A stretch of 64,000 bases of DNA from Chitinophagaceae bacterium (GCA_025933775.1 JAICZH010000001.1:7237-71236); one strand, 5' to 3'. Shown: positions 19,546 to 29,832, counted from the stretch's first letter. A program made the numbers and translations. The notes: generated from the sequence alone by a model not told the origin.

Positions 19546-21477
19546 TTAATTATTTTTCTCAGTTTTTGATGTGAGCCGCACAATTGTTCCTTTTGTAGCA
19601 GGTGTTGAAAAAGTTAAAACAAAACCAGCCTCCGAAGCACGGGTTTTCATATTGCTTAAGCCATTGCCTGTATTTATCTTTTCATCAGGATTAAATCCTG
19701 CTCCGTTATCTTCAACACTTATATTTATAATTCCTTTTTTATCCGACACATCAACAATTATTTTATCGCCGCCGCTATGCACCAAAGCATTGTGTATTGC
19801 TTCCTGCACTATCCTGAAAATATGCAATGCCTGTACGGGTGAAAATTTTTTAGTGCCGTTAATATTTTCTTCAAGAAATATTTTAATGTGAGGATATAAC
19901 GGTTGAATTTTTTGAATGTATGTCCTAAGCCTGTCGTTAATACCGGTAATCGTTACCGCCTCTTTGTTAAATGCCCAAATAGTGTCTCTAAGTGAAGAGA
20001 TAATTTCTGCAGCATTTGATTTTAAGCTTTGAAGAAAATAAGTATCAGAAATTAATTTACGGTTTTCTATATCATCAATGCCGTAACTGATAGCAGAAGC
20101 ATAAGCGCCGATGTTATCATGCAAATCTGCCGCAATACGTTTTCTTTCTTTTTCTTCTGCATTATTCAATGCAATTCTTTGCCTGCGCCGGATGTAGCGA
20201 TATATAAAAAAGGCGATCGCTATAATTAATAACGTTATAAGTACAACAGTAGTTATTAAAATATTCTTGTGCAAAAGTTGCAATTGTTGTTTGGCAATAA
20301 AAGCTTCCTTGCTGCTTACTTCATACTGTGCTTCTAATTTTGCGAGGTCCTCGGCTTTACTTTTTTGATACAAAGAATCTTTAAGCATCATTAATGTGTC
20401 CATCGTTTCGCCATAAGCATCGTAGTTCTTCATCAGTTTATAACAATCAGCGAGGTCTTTATAAAAAGATAGTATAAATGGTTCATGATATTTTTTTGAT
20501 AAAGCTTGTGCCTGCCTGATGTATTCTATTGCCTTTAGATAATTTTTTTGTTGTGTATAAAATATTTCAAGGGCTTCCATACCTACCAAAATAAATTGAA
20601 TGTTGCCTATTTGATTTTGAAGCGCTACTGCTTTCTTGAGCATTTGTTCTGCTGAATCAATTTTGTTTCGGTCACTATACATCAAGCCTCCTAATAAAAA
20701 ACAATCAGCTTCGCTTCTGAGGTTTTGGTTTTGCCGGGCAATCTCAAGCGCTTTGTTAAGAAAAATATATGCTGAATCGTATTTTTTTGTATTAAAATAA
20801 GTAGCAGCAAGGTTTGTAAATACCAAAGGAAATTGGTTGTACGTGCTGCTATTTTTAATTGTTGAATATGCCTCATTAAACCACTTCAATGCTTCAACAC
20901 GGTTTCCTAAAATATTATTGTTAACGCCCAAATTATTTAATGCAGTTACTTTTGCAAAAATATCATTGGTACTATCGGCCTCTTGCAATAATGCAAAACA
21001 TATATTGGTGGATTCTTCGATTTTGCGAAGCTTAGTTAATGCTACAATTTTATTCCATGTAAGCCGGCAATAAACGTCAAACATGCTTTTGCCAGCTTTT
21101 ATTTGTTTTAAATCTTCATTACAAATATTGAGGGAACTATCTGCCATTCCTTTATAAGAATAACTTTCCCCTATATAAAAATCAGATAGAAATTGGTCAT
21201 GTAAATTTTTATTTTCAATGCTGATTTTTTTAGCCATTCTTGCAAACTTTGCCAAAGTGTCTGCAGGCATGGATTCTCCATGGCTGCACAATCCAAAGAG
21301 AACCGAAATCCTATCAATATTGGCATTGTTTAGTTCTCTTTTCAGGCTGTCAATTAAGCGGGTTTGTGAATAGGAATTTGTGTTTGAAAAAGCAAACAAA
21401 AAAATCAGCCCAAATAAAATTTTGTAATAGAAATTTTTGAGAGTTGATGTGTTATTATTTATTACGACGCGTAGCAT
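19546..21477 (-). CDS. TPR-containing sensor histidine kinase (HisKA_3)
   Basis: TPR-like N-terminal repeats, one TM, ERKRIAADLHDNIG, EAIHNALVHS, DNGAGF, GNGLSNM. Confidence 0.92.
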   Translation of the reverse strand: MLRVVINNNTSTLKNFYYKILFGLIFLFAFSNTNSYSQTRLIDSLKRELNNANIDRISVLFGLCSHGESMPADTLAKFARMAKKISIENKNLHDQFLSDFYIGESYSYKGMADSSLNICNEDLKQIKAGKSMFDVYCRLTWNKIVALTKLRKIEESTNICFALLQEADSTNDIFAKVTALNNLGVNNNILGNRVEALKWFNEAYSTIKNSSTYNQFPLVFTNLAATYFNTKKYDSAYIFLNKALEIARQNQNLRSEADCFLLGGLMYSDRNKIDSAEQMLKKAVALQNQIGNIQFILVGMEALEIFYTQQKNYLKAIEYIRQAQALSKKYHEPFILSFYKDLADCYKLMKNYDAYGETMDTLMMLKDSLYQKSKAEDLAKLEAQYEVSSKEAFIAKQQLQLLHKNILITTVVLITLLIIAIAFFIYRYIRRRQRIALNNAEEKERKRIAADLHDNIGAYASAISYGIDDIENRKLISDTYFLQSLKSNAAEIISSLRDTIWAFNKEAVTITGINDRLRTYIQKIQPLYPHIKIFLEENINGTKKFSPVQALHIFRIVQEAIHNALVHSGGDKIIVDVSDKKGIINISVEDNGAGFNPDEKINTGNGLSNMKTRASEAGFVLTFSTPATKGTIVRLTSKTEKNN

Positions 21478-21686
21478 ATTTAAAAATTTCTCTAAGCTGT
21501 TTTAAAAAAATTTTCTGTTCACGTTTCAAGCATTAATGAAGTAGCATAAGCAGTTCAAATTATATCTTAAATCAAAGTTGATAAAATTCTTCGGTTTTTA
21601 AAATACTGAAATTTAGTTATTGACTACGCTTCATCGTGAAAGTAATTTCATTTTTCAAAAATTTACTTCATTTTAAAAATAGTATT

Positions 21687-22157
21687 ATGAAAAAGTTACT
21701 GCATTTATCGCCACTCATTATTATTCTGAGTGTATTTATAATTTTAGCCGGATGCTCTAAAAAGAAAAATTCACCGCAAATTAGTGCGGGCGTTGGTACT
21801 TATACTTTCAACGGAACAAATATGTATACCACCAACGATACATTAACCGGTGATTTTTTTAGCGGTGGTAAAGATGTAACTATGTGGCCAACATCAAGTG
21901 TTACGGCTTCCAACCTTGTTTTTGTTGATAACATTCCTGCTCAAAGTTCCGGCTCGGTAAATCTTTCAGATGGAAGCAATCAGTCCTCCACTGCTCCATA
22001 CATATTAGGATATAATGGTCAAATTCATTTTTCTTCTGTAGCCAATAGCGGTTCAGTTACAAAAACAGGCGCCAATTCTTTCAGTTTTTCCTGTACGGTG
22101 AGCGATGATAGTAATCCTTCCAATACGTATTCACTTTCGGGAAGCGGCACGTATTAG
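21687..22157 (+). CDS. Ser/Thr/Gly-rich beta-sheet lipoprotein, unknown function
   Basis: Lipobox LAGC followed by SKKK; ATG 21687 preferred. Confidence 0.75.
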   Translation: MKKLLHLSPLIIILSVFIILAGCSKKKNSPQISAGVGTYTFNGTNMYTTNDTLTGDFFSGGKDVTMWPTSSVTASNLVFVDNIPAQSSGSVNLSDGSNQSSTAPYILGYNGQIHFSSVANSGSVTKTGANSFSFSCTVSDDSNPSNTYSLSGSGTY

Positions 22158-22213
22158 GTTTATAAATAAATCTTTTCTAAAAATCTTTTTTTTATTTTTT
22201 AAAAAACAACATC

Positions 22214-22696
22214 ATGAAAAAAATTTCTCTAATGTTTTTCAGCTTTGTATTAATAATGAATTTAAAAGCACAGGTAAATAATAATCCTGATGCGACTGTA
22301 ACTTCAAAAGCTGTTTATGCAGAATTGGGGGGAAGCGGTATTGGGTTTTCTGCAAATTTTGATTCAAGATTTAAAGGCCATAACGGGCTTGGATACCGCG
22401 CAGGTATTGGTTTTTTGCCAGCAATCGACAAAAAAGTTCTTACTTTTCCACTTGGAATAAACGCACTGATTGGTAAAGGGCCCAACTATCTTGAAGCAGA
22501 AGTTACCGTTACACCTATTACTGCTAAAGTTACTTTTAAGAAAAAAGTTTCTTCCATTTTTATTTTTCCGCATATTGGGTATCGTTATACCAAACCGGCC
22601 AGTAGTTTTAATTTTAGAATTTATGGCGGCCCGCTCATTATTGTGAGTAAAGTTATCCCCTGGGCAGGTTTATCATTTGGTTATACTTTAAAATAA
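22214..22696 (+). CDS. Small outer-membrane beta-barrel-like protein
   Basis: Signal peptide; AVYAELGG, GYRAGIG, GYRY, WAGLSFGYTL amphipathic strands. Confidence 0.7.
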   Translation: MKKISLMFFSFVLIMNLKAQVNNNPDATVTSKAVYAELGGSGIGFSANFDSRFKGHNGLGYRAGIGFLPAIDKKVLTFPLGINALIGKGPNYLEAEVTVTPITAKVTFKKKVSSIFIFPHIGYRYTKPASSFNFRIYGGPLIIVSKVIPWAGLSFGYTLK

Positions 22697-22725
22697 TATA
22701 TCGCAGAAATTTGCATTGAACGAAT

Positions 22726-22751
22726 ATAACGGTGATGGGTACACGAAAATA
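22726..22751 (+). repeat. Dispersed gene-end motif, copy B (ATAACGGTGATGGGTACACGAAAATA)
   Basis: Between convergent genes; consensus match. Confidence 0.75.
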
Positions 22752-22757
22752 TTATTT

Positions 22758-23243
22758 TTATTGCTTCACTTTAAAATCCTGGTTGCTCACCGGCGGCGCT
22801 GTTGGAATGGTAATTACATTAAATTCAAAATTATTAGCGGCATGGCAACTATTGCACGAAGCGGTAAGCAAATGAAATGCTGATTTAAATTGATCCATAT
22901 TTTTATTGTGAATGGCATTGGCAACACTATCAATTGAAGAATACATCATCGGTATCATTTTTACTTCCGGTCTTTCTGTTTCAATTTGCGTAGCCTGAAC
23001 AAATCTTTCTTTTAATTCATCTATTTCGTACTGTGCCAGTTTCCAGTTATTATTAATCCCGGCATACCAAAGTTTGGCATGATGTGTTTGAATGCCACCC
23101 ATAATTTCTCCAAGTCCCGGCGCATATTGAGCCATTATTTTATGCAGGCTGTCAGCAGTTATTTGTGTTTCCGGTTGAGCAGTTTTATTATTGGAGCAGG
23201 ACGTAAACAAAATGAGAGATATCAGTAGTGGAAATAATTTCAT
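22758..23243 (-). CDS. Helical monoheme cytochrome c lipoprotein (cytochrome c'-like architecture)
   Basis: Lipobox FTSC; C-terminal CNSCH; PGLGEIMGGIQTHHAKLWYAG segment; ATG 23243 preferred. Confidence 0.7.
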   Translation of the reverse strand: MKLFPLLISLILFTSCSNNKTAQPETQITADSLHKIMAQYAPGLGEIMGGIQTHHAKLWYAGINNNWKLAQYEIDELKERFVQATQIETERPEVKMIPMMYSSIDSVANAIHNKNMDQFKSAFHLLTASCNSCHAANNFEFNVITIPTAPPVSNQDFKVKQ

Positions 23244-23360
23244 GACGAAAATTTTAATGATCAGATTGGCAGAAGGTACAAAATTTTTTTGACGAACTTT
23301 CACCTGGAAGAAATATTAAAATGTAATGACAATTAAACTATATGTTTTCAGCAAGTTATT

Positions 23361-24644
23361 TTACTCTCTTTTTTCCACTCTTGCAGGAGTGTCTGTTCCA
23401 TCCACAATTGTTTTGCTGCTAATGGCAATGGCTTTAATTATCTCAGCCATATTTTTCATATCTAAAGTAGAAATCTCATCGCTTTGTTTATGATAGTTTG
23501 GCTCATTATCCATTTTAGATGTGCTGATGGTATGCGCCGGAACACCTAATGCTGCAAGGGTTGCATTATCTGACCTGTAAAATAAATTTTGCTTCGGATA
23601 AGGATCGGGTTCAAAATGGAAACCGCTTCCTTTTAGATTCTGCTGTAATATTTTTCCAAAATCAGATTTCTCGTAACCTGTGATATAGGCGCTGTTTTCT
23701 CCCCATTTGCTTTCGGTTCCAATCATTTCTATATTAAACATTGCCATGGTCTTTTCGGGATCTATTTGTTTTGAAAAATATTGCGATCCAAAGCCGCCAA
23801 TTTCTTCAGCGGTAAAAGTTACAAATATTAAAGTGCGCTCATTGTTATTTAGCTTACTGAAATATCTGGCCAGCATAATAACGGCTGTAGTGCCCGCTGC
23901 ATCATCGTTAGCGCCATTGTAAATAGAATCGCCATTTGCATCAGGCTTGCCAACCCCTAAATGATCGTAATGCGCCGAAAAAATTACATACTCATTCTTC
24001 CTGCTTTTTCCGGGTAAAACGCCAACAATATTTGCCAATGCGGAAGATGTGATTTTATTTTTAATTTCAAAATGCCAGCTTGCAGGTTTTTCATCTGTAA
24101 GAACAAAAACCACAGGCGGCTGATGATCGAAAGAAGGCCTGTTCAAAAACTTTAGGCGACTAAAATTTTTATCGTTTAAGCTGCTTACAAGCACCAAATA
24201 TTTTTTATGATCTGTTATCAATTTATAAGCGCTTCGCAAAAGATTAGGAGTACTATCAATAACAACAATTGTATAGCCGGATTTATCATCAATATTTAGG
24301 TCTTCATCAGTTGTAATGGCAACTATATTGTTTGAGTCTATGTTGATGTTATTTATTTTGCCTGATGCTGAAACTGTTTCTGATTGCAGCATAGTAAACG
24401 GCTGGCGGTAACTTTGCAAATCACCAAAATATTGCAAGCCTGCTTTTTTAAACTCTGCAGAAATAAAATCGGCTGCTTTATCTATAGAAGGCGTAAAAGT
24501 TTTTCGGCCTTGCATACTATCGGATGCAAGCACACTTTCGATGCGTTCTGCCTCGCCTGCATTAATTATTTTACCAATATTCTGCGCAAAAGAAAATGAA
24601 AAGGTTCCAAATAAAAGTAAGAAGACAAGAACTGATTTTTTCAT
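23361..24644 (-). CDS. M28 family metallopeptidase
   Basis: SAHYDHLG, GANDDAAG, FTAEEIG, NIEMIG, YH; signal peptide. Confidence 0.92.
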   Translation of the reverse strand: MKKSVLVFLLLFGTFSFSFAQNIGKIINAGEAERIESVLASDSMQGRKTFTPSIDKAADFISAEFKKAGLQYFGDLQSYRQPFTMLQSETVSASGKINNINIDSNNIVAITTDEDLNIDDKSGYTIVVIDSTPNLLRSAYKLITDHKKYLVLVSSLNDKNFSRLKFLNRPSFDHQPPVVFVLTDEKPASWHFEIKNKITSSALANIVGVLPGKSRKNEYVIFSAHYDHLGVGKPDANGDSIYNGANDDAAGTTAVIMLARYFSKLNNNERTLIFVTFTAEEIGGFGSQYFSKQIDPEKTMAMFNIEMIGTESKWGENSAYITGYEKSDFGKILQQNLKGSGFHFEPDPYPKQNLFYRSDNATLAALGVPAHTISTSKMDNEPNYHKQSDEISTLDMKNMAEIIKAIAISSKTIVDGTDTPARVEKRE

Positions 24645-24654
24645 TAAATTATTT

Positions 24655-25377
24655 TTACAAACTCATCATTTCTTTAAACTTTACAGCCTGCCTGCGGCTT
24701 ACTTCAATCTTTTCACCGCCAATTAAGTCAAGCAACAATCCTCCATTGAAATAAGGTTCTATTTTATCGATCTTGCGCAGGTTGATAATATGCTTTCTGT
24801 TTGCCCTGAAAAAAACTTTATCATCCAGGCGTTCTTCCAAAGCATTTAAAGATTTTAAAATAAGCGGTTTGTTATTTCCAAAAAAAACTTTTGCATAATT
24901 GCCCACGCTTTCAAAAAGTCGCACATCGGATAATTTTACAAACCAGCAGCGCTCTCCGTCTTTTACAAATACCTGGTCATTTTCATGCAGTATGCCACGG
25001 TTGGTGTATGAAAGCATTTCTTCTTCATCTTTTTGACGAACTTTCAATAAAGCATCAGCAAGTCTTTTCGGTTCTACGGGTTTCATTAAATAATCCAATG
25101 CATTTACTTCAAAAGCTTTCAAAGCATATTCATCGTATGCGGTTACAAAAATTACGTGGGGCGCTTTTTCAATTTGCGTAAGCATGTCAAAGCCAGATTT
25201 TCCGGGCATTTGAATATCAAGAAAAACAAGATCAGGATTAAGGCTTTCAATTTTTTCGATTCCTTCATTGGCATTGGCTGCTTCACCAATTACTTCCACT
25301 TCGGGAAATTCCTGCAAAAGCTTTTTGAGTTCGTTGCGGGCAAGCCGTTCATCATCAATAATGATTGCTCGTTGCAT
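24655..25377 (-). CDS. LytTR-family response regulator
   Basis: IIDDE, FLDIQMPG, FFRANRKHIIN. Confidence 0.95.
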   Translation of the reverse strand: MQRAIIIDDERLARNELKKLLQEFPEVEVIGEAANANEGIEKIESLNPDLVFLDIQMPGKSGFDMLTQIEKAPHVIFVTAYDEYALKAFEVNALDYLMKPVEPKRLADALLKVRQKDEEEMLSYTNRGILHENDQVFVKDGERCWFVKLSDVRLFESVGNYAKVFFGNNKPLILKSLNALEERLDDKVFFRANRKHIINLRKIDKIEPYFNGGLLLDLIGGEKIEVSRRQAVKFKEMMSL

Positions 25378-25467
25378 AGTTTTAAAAAATTTACAATGTT
25401 GAAAGAAATTTTCTCAATAGCAAAGTAAGTAGTTTTTGCTTTTGAAGGAGGTTTTAGTAAAAAAAAA

Positions 25468-26706
25468 TTAAAAAGATATGGGCATTACAATTCTCGCTTC
25501 CACTTCATTGCCGTTTATTTTTTTAATTTGAAAATCGGCTTTGCCCTGAAATAAAAATTTCAGCCTGTCGCGGGTGCTTTTTAATCCAAAGCCTTCGGGG
25601 GCCATTTCCTGGCCGAGCGAGCCGGTATTTTGCACTATTAGTTCAAAATGATGATCGGTAAATCTTGAAATTACTTTAATAACGCCACCTTTAATTTTTT
25701 TGCTGATGCCATGCTTTATTGCGTTTTCAACAAGGGTTTGCAACATCATTGGTGGTACAGGTTGTTCCAGGGTATCATCGTCAATATCCATTTCTATTTT
25801 TAATCTTTCTTCAAAACGCATGTGTTCCAAAGCAAGGTAATCTTTTACAATATCGAGTTCTTTTTGCAAAGGAACTGTTTCCATTTTTTCTACCTGCATG
25901 CTGCTTCGCAAAATGTTAGAAAGCTCTGTGATAGCGGTTCGGGCACGCGGGGGATTTTCATCTACCAACGCGCGAATACTGTTTAATGAATTAAAAATAA
26001 AATGCGGATTAATGTGCGATTTAATTGTATTCAGCTCAAGGTCCTTCACCGTTTTTTCAAGGCTGAGTTTATCTACTTCGTCTTTGCGGTTACGTTCCAG
26101 ATAATGCCAAACCATATACAATAAAAGCCACAAGGCCATTAAGATAAAGGTTAAAATAATATCCCACCAAAAGCGGCCTTTATTTTGATCTTCGTATTGC
26201 CATTTGCCATGGGTGTCTCTGAACCAGCCCGTACTTTTTTTAATATTTTCTGCAGCTGCATAATTATCCGGATTTTTTTGCAGATTGGCATAATAATCCG
26301 TTCCGGCAATATTTAACGCCTGCTCTTTGGCAATTGCCGCTTTGAGATCCTCATTTTTTTCGTATTCAACCAAAGAATAACCCGTAAGTACTGCTGTAGA
26401 TTTTGCTCCGTAAAAACTTACCAGGCCGGTTATTATTACACCGATAATAAATAATACAATCACACGGTTGAAAGATAATTTTATCCAATGAATTTTTATT
26501 AAAACATATCGCAGCCCGTGAGTAGCGATAATGTTCCAAATAAATTCGATGAGAAGTATTGCATAAAAAACATTTCGTTTTTCTTTTGGCTTCAGATACA
26601 TATCATTAGCATAAAAATAAACGATAAACAAAGTAAGCAAAGGCCATATTCCCCACCCTAAAATCTGGCACAGCCAATAACGTAGAGTTGTTTTTCGCAT
26701 AAGCAA
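25468..26706 (-). CDS. LytS-family sensor histidine kinase
   Basis: HINPHFIFNSLN, LQTLVENAIKHG, GFGLKST. Confidence 0.92.
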   Translation of the reverse strand: MLMRKTTLRYWLCQILGWGIWPLLTLFIVYFYANDMYLKPKEKRNVFYAILLIEFIWNIIATHGLRYVLIKIHWIKLSFNRVIVLFIIGVIITGLVSFYGAKSTAVLTGYSLVEYEKNEDLKAAIAKEQALNIAGTDYYANLQKNPDNYAAAENIKKSTGWFRDTHGKWQYEDQNKGRFWWDIILTFILMALWLLLYMVWHYLERNRKDEVDKLSLEKTVKDLELNTIKSHINPHFIFNSLNSIRALVDENPPRARTAITELSNILRSSMQVEKMETVPLQKELDIVKDYLALEHMRFEERLKIEMDIDDDTLEQPVPPMMLQTLVENAIKHGISKKIKGGVIKVISRFTDHHFELIVQNTGSLGQEMAPEGFGLKSTRDRLKFLFQGKADFQIKKINGNEVEARIVMPISF

Positions 26707-26919
26707 ATTTAATTTCTAATTGAATGACGCAAATGCCTATTTTTATTAATGGCGAAATGGATTGGTGAAAGGCTTGGGCTTTTGTTTTTTAAATTTTTAT
26801 ATTAACGATTCCTAAATTTTATGTAGAAACTATAAATAAAACGTAAGCGTTTTGCAATTTTACAAAGGTTAAAGACAGGAACATTAAAAATTTTTTTTAG
26901 ATAATTGTACCGCTATTAT

Positions 26920-28050
26920 TTATCGTTTTTGAGAAAGAATTAAATCTGCAATTATAGGAAAGTGATCGCTTAATAATTTTTTAATTCTTATAAATTGTGT
27001 TACGGTAAAATTTTTATCTGCAAAAATATTATCAATGCGCAACGTGGGAGAAATAGTGCTGAAAGTTCTTGCAATGCCTGCGCCTTTTTCTACAAAAGCA
27101 TTTTGTAAACCCTTTCCTATTGTTTCATAAGCATAAGAATTAGGAACATCATTAAAATCGCCGCAAACGATTACCGGGTAAGGGCTGTGATTGATCTCAT
27201 CTTTAATAAAATTGGCTTGCACGCTTCTTTTAATAAAACCTTTTTTTATTTTTGAAATAATACTTTTTGATTCTGGAATGGTACTATCGCTGTTCAAACT
27301 TGCATTATTGAGATAATTAAGATTCGCTTTTGAAAATTTTAATGATTGCAAATGAATATTAAAAACACGAATGGTATCATTGCCTTTGAGCACATCAATA
27401 TATTGAAACGTTGCATTATAATCGTTAGGATAATTTACCACAGTTTGTTTATTAATAACAGGAAGTTTTGAAAAAATAATTCTTCCAAAATGATGGTCTT
27501 TATCAAAATCGTCTTTAACGCTGTACGAATAAAAATAATCAACAAAGCGCAAGGCTTTTTTAATATCCGGAAAATAATTAATGCCGCCTTTTTTATCTCC
27601 CGCAACTACCTCCTGAAAACAAGCAATATCGGGATCGTATTTATTTATTAAGTCAAACATTTCCTGCTTTACTTCCGGGCGGTCTTTATGATGCAGGATA
27701 TTGAACTGCTCTACATTCCAGCTCATCACGCGAATGCTTTGCGGATTTTTTTGCATTACAAAAGAAGAAGAAAAATTAACAGGGAAAATATTGATAACGG
27801 CTTGCCATCCTACTATAATTATAATTAGCGAAAGACAACACCAAAGCGATTTATTAAATAGCCAAAATATAAAAAAGAAAATTAAAATAATTAGAAGATA
27901 GGCAAGTATAAATGTAAATAAGCCTAAGAACCACCAGCCTGCTGGGTTAAAATATTTTACGTAAGCGCCGGCAAGAAAAAATAAAGCAGTAATGCAATTC
28001 AGGATAATAAAAATTTTTTTTATAATCCTGCGCAAAAATGGTTTTTCCAT
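26920..28050 (-). CDS. Endonuclease/exonuclease/phosphatase family membrane protein
   Basis: SWNV, ACFQE, NIHLQS, CGDFND, RIDNIF, SDHFP. Confidence 0.92.
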   Translation of the reverse strand: MEKPFLRRIIKKIFIILNCITALFFLAGAYVKYFNPAGWWFLGLFTFILAYLLIILIFFFIFWLFNKSLWCCLSLIIIIVGWQAVINIFPVNFSSSFVMQKNPQSIRVMSWNVEQFNILHHKDRPEVKQEMFDLINKYDPDIACFQEVVAGDKKGGINYFPDIKKALRFVDYFYSYSVKDDFDKDHHFGRIIFSKLPVINKQTVVNYPNDYNATFQYIDVLKGNDTIRVFNIHLQSLKFSKANLNYLNNASLNSDSTIPESKSIISKIKKGFIKRSVQANFIKDEINHSPYPVIVCGDFNDVPNSYAYETIGKGLQNAFVEKGAGIARTFSTISPTLRIDNIFADKNFTVTQFIRIKKLLSDHFPIIADLILSQKR

Positions 28051-28095
28051 TTAGATTATAACGCTTTAATAAATCGGGTTGAAAATTATAAACAG

Positions 28096-29034
28096 TTAAT
28101 ATAAATCACTCTCACCGGCTCTTTTCAAAATATTCTTTTCTTCCTCCGATAATAAATGAAATCCTTTTTGATTTATTTTATCCAGAATTTCATCAACACG
28201 CTGCTGGGTAATGATGGAGTGTTTTTCAAAAGGTTTTTTGCCACCGGTTTTATAAAATATTTTTTCTCTTGTTCTTTCGTGGGCTATTATTTTTTTATCG
28301 GGATTGCATAGATTCATAAACCATTCGTAACAATTAATCATCCATGCGCCGCCATCTCGTCCATGCCGAAGGGCTACAATAAAAAGAAATCCTGCAAGGC
28401 CTCCGGCTAAATTAGCCAAAAGGAGCGCGGGTGCGCCGGTACCAATACTTACAAAATTAATAACAACAAATAAAATAGTAAGCACCCAAAGCGGAATACC
28501 CCCGTTCAGCATTCTGAAAATACGATAATCAGGAGCAAGTGCGGTGGTAGCAATTGCTATTGCCATTATCGCCGGATTGGCGCCTTCAAGATAAGCGGAA
28601 TGTATTAAAGGCCTTAGTTGAGGAATAGCATAATTTGCCGATATAAAAACAATGGCTCCCGCAACTCCTCCATATAAATACACGGGAATTAATTTTTTAT
28701 TACCCGCCATATCCTGCAAAATAGAGCCGAAAGCCCACAACCAAAGTATGTTTGTAAATGCATTAATAATATGCGTGTGCACAAACATATAACTCAAAAC
28801 GGTCCATGGCGCCTGAGCGAGGCCATGAAGATTGGCAGGCAAAATAAACCAGGGCAATACGTGGCTTGAAAAAACATCGCCGGAAGAATTGACAATAAGA
28901 TAAATAATTCTTATTAAACCCGGAATAATAAACCCAATTGCATTGATACTGATTAGTGCAATCAATGCATTATTATCTTCACCCAAAGTTATTTTCTTTA
29001 TCCGGCGGTCAATATATCTTTCAGATTCTCCCAA
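28096..29034 (-). CDS. Rhomboid-family protein, predicted catalytically inactive
   Basis: Rhomboid layout (PWTVLSYMFVH, LYGGVAG) but GANP instead of GAS(G/A) and ANLAGG instead of AHLGG; C-terminal RVDEILDKINQKG helix. Confidence 0.85.
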   Translation of the reverse strand: MGESERYIDRRIKKITLGEDNNALIALISINAIGFIIPGLIRIIYLIVNSSGDVFSSHVLPWFILPANLHGLAQAPWTVLSYMFVHTHIINAFTNILWLWAFGSILQDMAGNKKLIPVYLYGGVAGAIVFISANYAIPQLRPLIHSAYLEGANPAIMAIAIATTALAPDYRIFRMLNGGIPLWVLTILFVVINFVSIGTGAPALLLANLAGGLAGFLFIVALRHGRDGGAWMINCYEWFMNLCNPDKKIIAHERTREKIFYKTGGKKPFEKHSIITQQRVDEILDKINQKGFHLLSEEEKNILKRAGESDLY

Positions 29035-29112
29035 TGTATAAATTAAATTTTCGTGTAAAAAAGCGATTATAAAATTACAATTTTCTTGCCACTAAAATCA
29101 TGCTACATAATT

Positions 29113-29721
29113 TTAGTAAAACGTTTTCTTATTGGTTTTATTCCAAAGAATAACTAAAATAAAACCCATTGCTAGGCCGCCGAGATGAGCAAAATGAGCA
29201 ATATCATCTCCGCCGGCGAAGCCTCCGAAAATATCAAATGCTGCAAAAATTGCTGCCATCCATTTTGCTTTTATGGGAAAAGGAAACGGAATAATAAAAA
29301 ATTCTGTATTGGGAAAAGTATAAGCGAATGCAGCCAGCAAACCCATAATAGCGCCCGATGCGCCGATGGCCGGGCCCCCATTTACCAAAAGCATTTCGGC
29401 AACACCGGCGGCGAGGCCGCAAATCAAATAAAAAATTAAAAATCTTTTTGGCCCCCATATTCGCTCGAGCACTGCGCCAAAAAGCCAAAGCGCATACATA
29501 TTAAAAAGAATATGAAAAAAGCCCCCATGCAAAAACATGTGGGTCACCAATTGATATGGCTGAAACAAACCACTATTTATTGAGTACAACCCAAACCTGT
29601 ATGTGATGTGCATCGTACTGTCTAATACATACTGTGCAATAAATACAATTACGTTTATGATAATAAGATTTAAAACAACAGGCGGAATCTTTTGCGAAGG
29701 CCTGTAATTATTATATGCCAT
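29113..29721 (-). CDS. Rhomboid intramembrane serine protease
   Basis: THMFLHGGFFHILFNM, GASGAIMG, AHFAHLGG intact. Confidence 0.95.
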   Translation of the reverse strand: MAYNNYRPSQKIPPVVLNLIIINVIVFIAQYVLDSTMHITYRFGLYSINSGLFQPYQLVTHMFLHGGFFHILFNMYALWLFGAVLERIWGPKRFLIFYLICGLAAGVAEMLLVNGGPAIGASGAIMGLLAAFAYTFPNTEFFIIPFPFPIKAKWMAAIFAAFDIFGGFAGGDDIAHFAHLGGLAMGFILVILWNKTNKKTFY

Positions 29722-29832
29722 TCAATTGTGGGTTTAGCGTGCAAAATTCGTGAATAGTTGCCGGAATAAAATTAATAAAGAAAAGACATTAACATTTTTA
29801 TTTTTTTAAATAAAAGATGATAAAACAAAATA

